NCBI RefSeq assembly: GCF_006345805.1
Contig: NC_042998.1
Span: 182,032,001 to 182,096,000 of the forward strand
Length of the DNA: 64,000 nucleotides
Direction: 5' to 3'
DNA from: Octopus sinensis
Lineage: Eukaryota
In this document: in pieces, positions 60,909-64,000 of the stretch
Layout: the number at the start of each line of letters is the position of its first letter
Position numbering within the stretch: the stretch's first letter is position 1
Made by a program: the position numbers and the translations under genes
Notes under the pieces: generated by a model
Databases searched by the model: none
The model's input: the letters and a program-made list of their open reading frames with translations, nothing else
What the model was told of the DNA's origin: nothing

Positions 60909-61185
60909 TTATCATGCTAGCTAGCTAGCTAGCTACACACAGACACTGATATACATATATATGCGTTTGTATGTGTACATAATGTATGTATATATATATA
61001 TATATATATGAAATAAAATACAAAATTGCGAGGATGATCCGGTTCTTGACTGAAGATAAAAAGCTTCGAATGACCCGTCCGTGTCTTTTTTGTATCGTCT
61101 ATCTGGATGTTTTGTTGTCCCCTTTTGTTTCACCTAGTTGTCCGGATGTTTTGCGTTCTTGTCCCATTTTGTATTTTATTTTATA

Positions 61186-61571
61186 CTAGCAGTATCGCCC
61201 GGCGTTGCTCAGGTTTGTAAGGGAAATAACTATAAAGCATTTTTAGAGAGTTATAGCCAAAAAATAGCAAAAAAATGGAAAAAAATGATGGTAAATTTTT
61301 TTTGAGATTTAAAAAAGGTGGAGTTGCGTCCCCTAGACAGTTTGTGGTTTGTGTTTCTCATTGTCGACCCCATGTCGAATTTATCGATTTTTTTCAGAAC
61401 TGGGGGAACTTTTCAAAATTTTCGCTGCGTTAGTTTTGAATTATGACATTGGGCTATGTGTGTGTCAAGTTTCATCAGAATCGGTTGAAAGCCGTGGTCA
61501 GGGTGAGGGTACAAGCAAACAGACACACAGAAACACGCACAGACAAACTGCCGTTTATATATAGAGAGAGA
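61186..61571 (-). mobile_element. Non-autonomous Helitron, intact ends
   Basis: Plus strand a|CTAGcagtatcgcccggcgttgctcagg ... gagaga|t; 3' region shared with 9937-10237. Confidence 0.85.
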
Positions 61572-61652
61572 TATATATATAGCGGCGTACGAACACTTTG
61601 TTCTTTTGTATATAAATATATCTACACATGTATTTCTACGTGTGTGTGTGTT

Positions 61653-61835
61653 TAATTAGATAAAGATGGTTATGGCCGGTCTATGGGATTACCCTTGGTT
61701 TCATGTACATAAAATGCTTAGCTTTACGGCTTTTTCTTCAGACCCTAATGGCCATTAGGGTCTAAGCTAAGCGCTTTATGGCCGTGAAATTCAGGGTAAC
61801 CCCATAGACCGAACATAACTATCGCTATCTAATTA
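61653..61835. mobile_element. Fold-back element with a central perfect 24-bp palindrome
   Basis: taattagata...ggtctatggg.ttaccct / agggtaaccccatagacc...tatctaatta; AGACCCTAATGGCCATTAGGGTCT at 61740-61763. Confidence 0.8.
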
Positions 61836-61900
61836 CTTTACTACTCTATAACTTAGAGTGTGCTTCTCTTTCGGATTTATGACTTACTGACGATATATAT

Positions 61901-62360
61901 ACTCTTTTACTTGTTTCAGTCATTTGACTGCGGCTATGCTGGAGCACCGCCTTTCAGTTGAAGAAATCGACCCCAGGACTTATTCTTTGCAAGCCAGATA
62001 CTTATTCTATCGATCGCTTTTGCCGAACCGCTAAGTTATGGGAACATAAACCTATCAACATCAGTTGTCAAGCGATGGTGGTAGTGGGGGCGGGTGGAGG
62101 TGGTGCCAAGCACAGACACACACACACACACATACACACACAAACACACACACACACATACACACACAAACACACACACACACATATATATATGAGGAGC
62201 TTCTTTCAGTTTCCATCGACCAAATCCACTCACAAGGCTTCGGTCGGCCCGAAGCTATAGTAGAAGGCACCTGCCCAAAGTTCCAAGCAGTAGGACTGAA
62301 CTCGGAACCATATATTTGGGAAGCAAGCTTCTTACATCCACACCTGCGCCTTCTTACCAC
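61901..62360 (-). mobile_element. Internal-microsatellite SINE
   Basis: Reverse complement family match; internal (CA)n. Confidence 0.8.
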
Positions 62361-63599
62361 ACAACCACACACACACACACACACAACACACACACACACA
62401 CACATATATATATGTATATTTCCATCTACCAAAATTTCTCTCATAAAGTTGACTCGTCAGTTTGATGGAATACATTTATTGAAGGTGCTGCACAATAGGA
62501 TTGAACACAGAAATATGCGACTGCAAAGCAAACTAAACTGCACGACCATTGCCAGTTGCTGATATAAAGATTAACTGATATACTTATGATGTATGTGTTA
62601 GTTCCTTAAAAGCGCTTCCAGTAATTATGGGAATGAAATGGATATTTCCTTATAACTGGATTTATTATAGAATAATAGTTACAGCTATATATCAACCAGC
62701 CCGAAATATTTCGAAAACCATTGTGAAAGGAAACGTTTTATCGTTTAATCATCTGGTTTCTAATGATAACTTCAAACTACACTTACGTACATGAAATTAT
62801 CTAACACCCCATTAGATAACATCAGTGCAATCTATAGAAATTATTTACTGTGATACGGAGAATGATGTTTTAATTGAATGTCGTTTTATAGTAGAAGTCT
62901 TTATGATTGCCATCTAGCGAGACAGGTTAATTACTATGAAAATGGCCAGTATTTGCCAACTGATTAAAGCTGAATATTTTCATACGCATGAAGGAACTTT
63001 ATTCAAAGTATTCATTGAGAAATGAAAGGGACCACATAGTGTTATATATATAACGGGAGATTATAAGTATAATTAGCAATGTATGAAGGCCACAGACCGA
63101 ATAAAATGTTATATATGAATAGATATTCTCTCCCTTCCTCTGTCTTTCCTTTCTCTCTTTCTGTTTATCTGTACGTCAGTCCGTCTATTCACGCCTACTC
63201 TCTCTTTCTCTCTGTTTTCTTATTTTTGGGGTGACAAGGGTCGAGTTCCCTCGTGCAACCTTTTTATTTCTTTGTCTCTATCACCCTGTATATCTCTCAT
63301 CTCTCCGTCATATACAAACACCCTAAGATCAACTCTCGGTAAACCAAGCCCTTGAACAAATTCAAATTTATATTGAAACCATTTCACTTTACTATCCAGC
63401 TAATATACTAATGAAAAACGAAAAAACGCAGGCAAAAAAAAAAGGACGATAAAAACGAAAAAAAATTCGTACGAATATTTCTCTACGGCCCCACAGTATT
63501 GTGACACTAAAACTAAGTAAATCATTATGACTGCCCATATAATTAGTGTTTGAAAGAATATTATTGATCATTCGAAGGAAAAATCTTTAGTAATTAAAA

Positions 63600-63964
63600 C
63601 AAATCCCTATAATTATAATTATAATCATAATTATTAATCTCATTGATGTAGAAGCGAAATGACTGTGTGGATAAACTCCCAAAACCTCCAGCCACGTGGG
63701 TCTTGACTTCAAAAGATCCAACTGCTTGGAGCAATATCGTAATTCTATTTTTTTCATTATATACCTAATTGGAAACAGGAATTTTTTATTTAGTTTTTTA
63801 ATCAGGAGAGAAGTTTGTGCCCATAACTTTTTACAGAACCTTCGAGACCGGCGGGCAGAGAGAGGTATTCTCAAACTGAAGAACTGGTCCGAATCAAGAA
63901 GTGCAAAATGCCTGTCACAGGCTCTGTCCCTTGGTTTAATGAAATACAAACAGGAGTTCATCAC
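63600..63964 (-). pseudogene. Possible DNA-transposase fragment (Sola/DUF7869-like)
   Basis: ACDRHFALL resembles the GHSxxxCDRxFxxIE motif recalled from this family; no splice fit to the main gene. Confidence 0.3.
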
Positions 63965-64000
63965 TAACTCTATTGATTCATATAGTTTGTGGAGTGTTTA

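Overview
Eukaryotic, AT-rich, microsatellite-dense animal DNA. The SINE and microsatellite repertoire looks like octopod cephalopod (Octopus-like) sequence; this is inference from recalled repeat families, not a database result. One protein-coding gene can be reconstructed by hand on the minus strand: 8 GT-AG exons from 56286 down to the stop at 20244, 1212 nt, all splice phases compatible, 5' end not found and probably beyond 64000. It encodes an extracellular-type protein: [Cys-rich domain, C-terminal part]-[Ig I-set]-[second copy of the same Cys-rich domain]-[3 EGF-like repeats]. The rest is intron or intergenic DNA filled with tRNA-derived SINEs, RTE/REL-type LINE 3' ends, Penelope-like fragments, non-autonomous Helitrons, hAT/mariner/piggyBac relics and MITEs, fold-back hairpins, and a ~2.96-kb tandem duplication. 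The most notable non-coding signal is a type-I hammerhead ribozyme with a palindromic (dimer-type) stem III on the minus strand at 18400-18461. It lies inside a ~200-bp palindrome that carries a second, damaged copy on the plus strand. Several further minimal or variant hammerhead-like motifs occur in Penelope-like fragments. No CRISPR array, rRNA or true tRNA gene was seen. Most ORFs in the supplied track are microsatellite artefacts.
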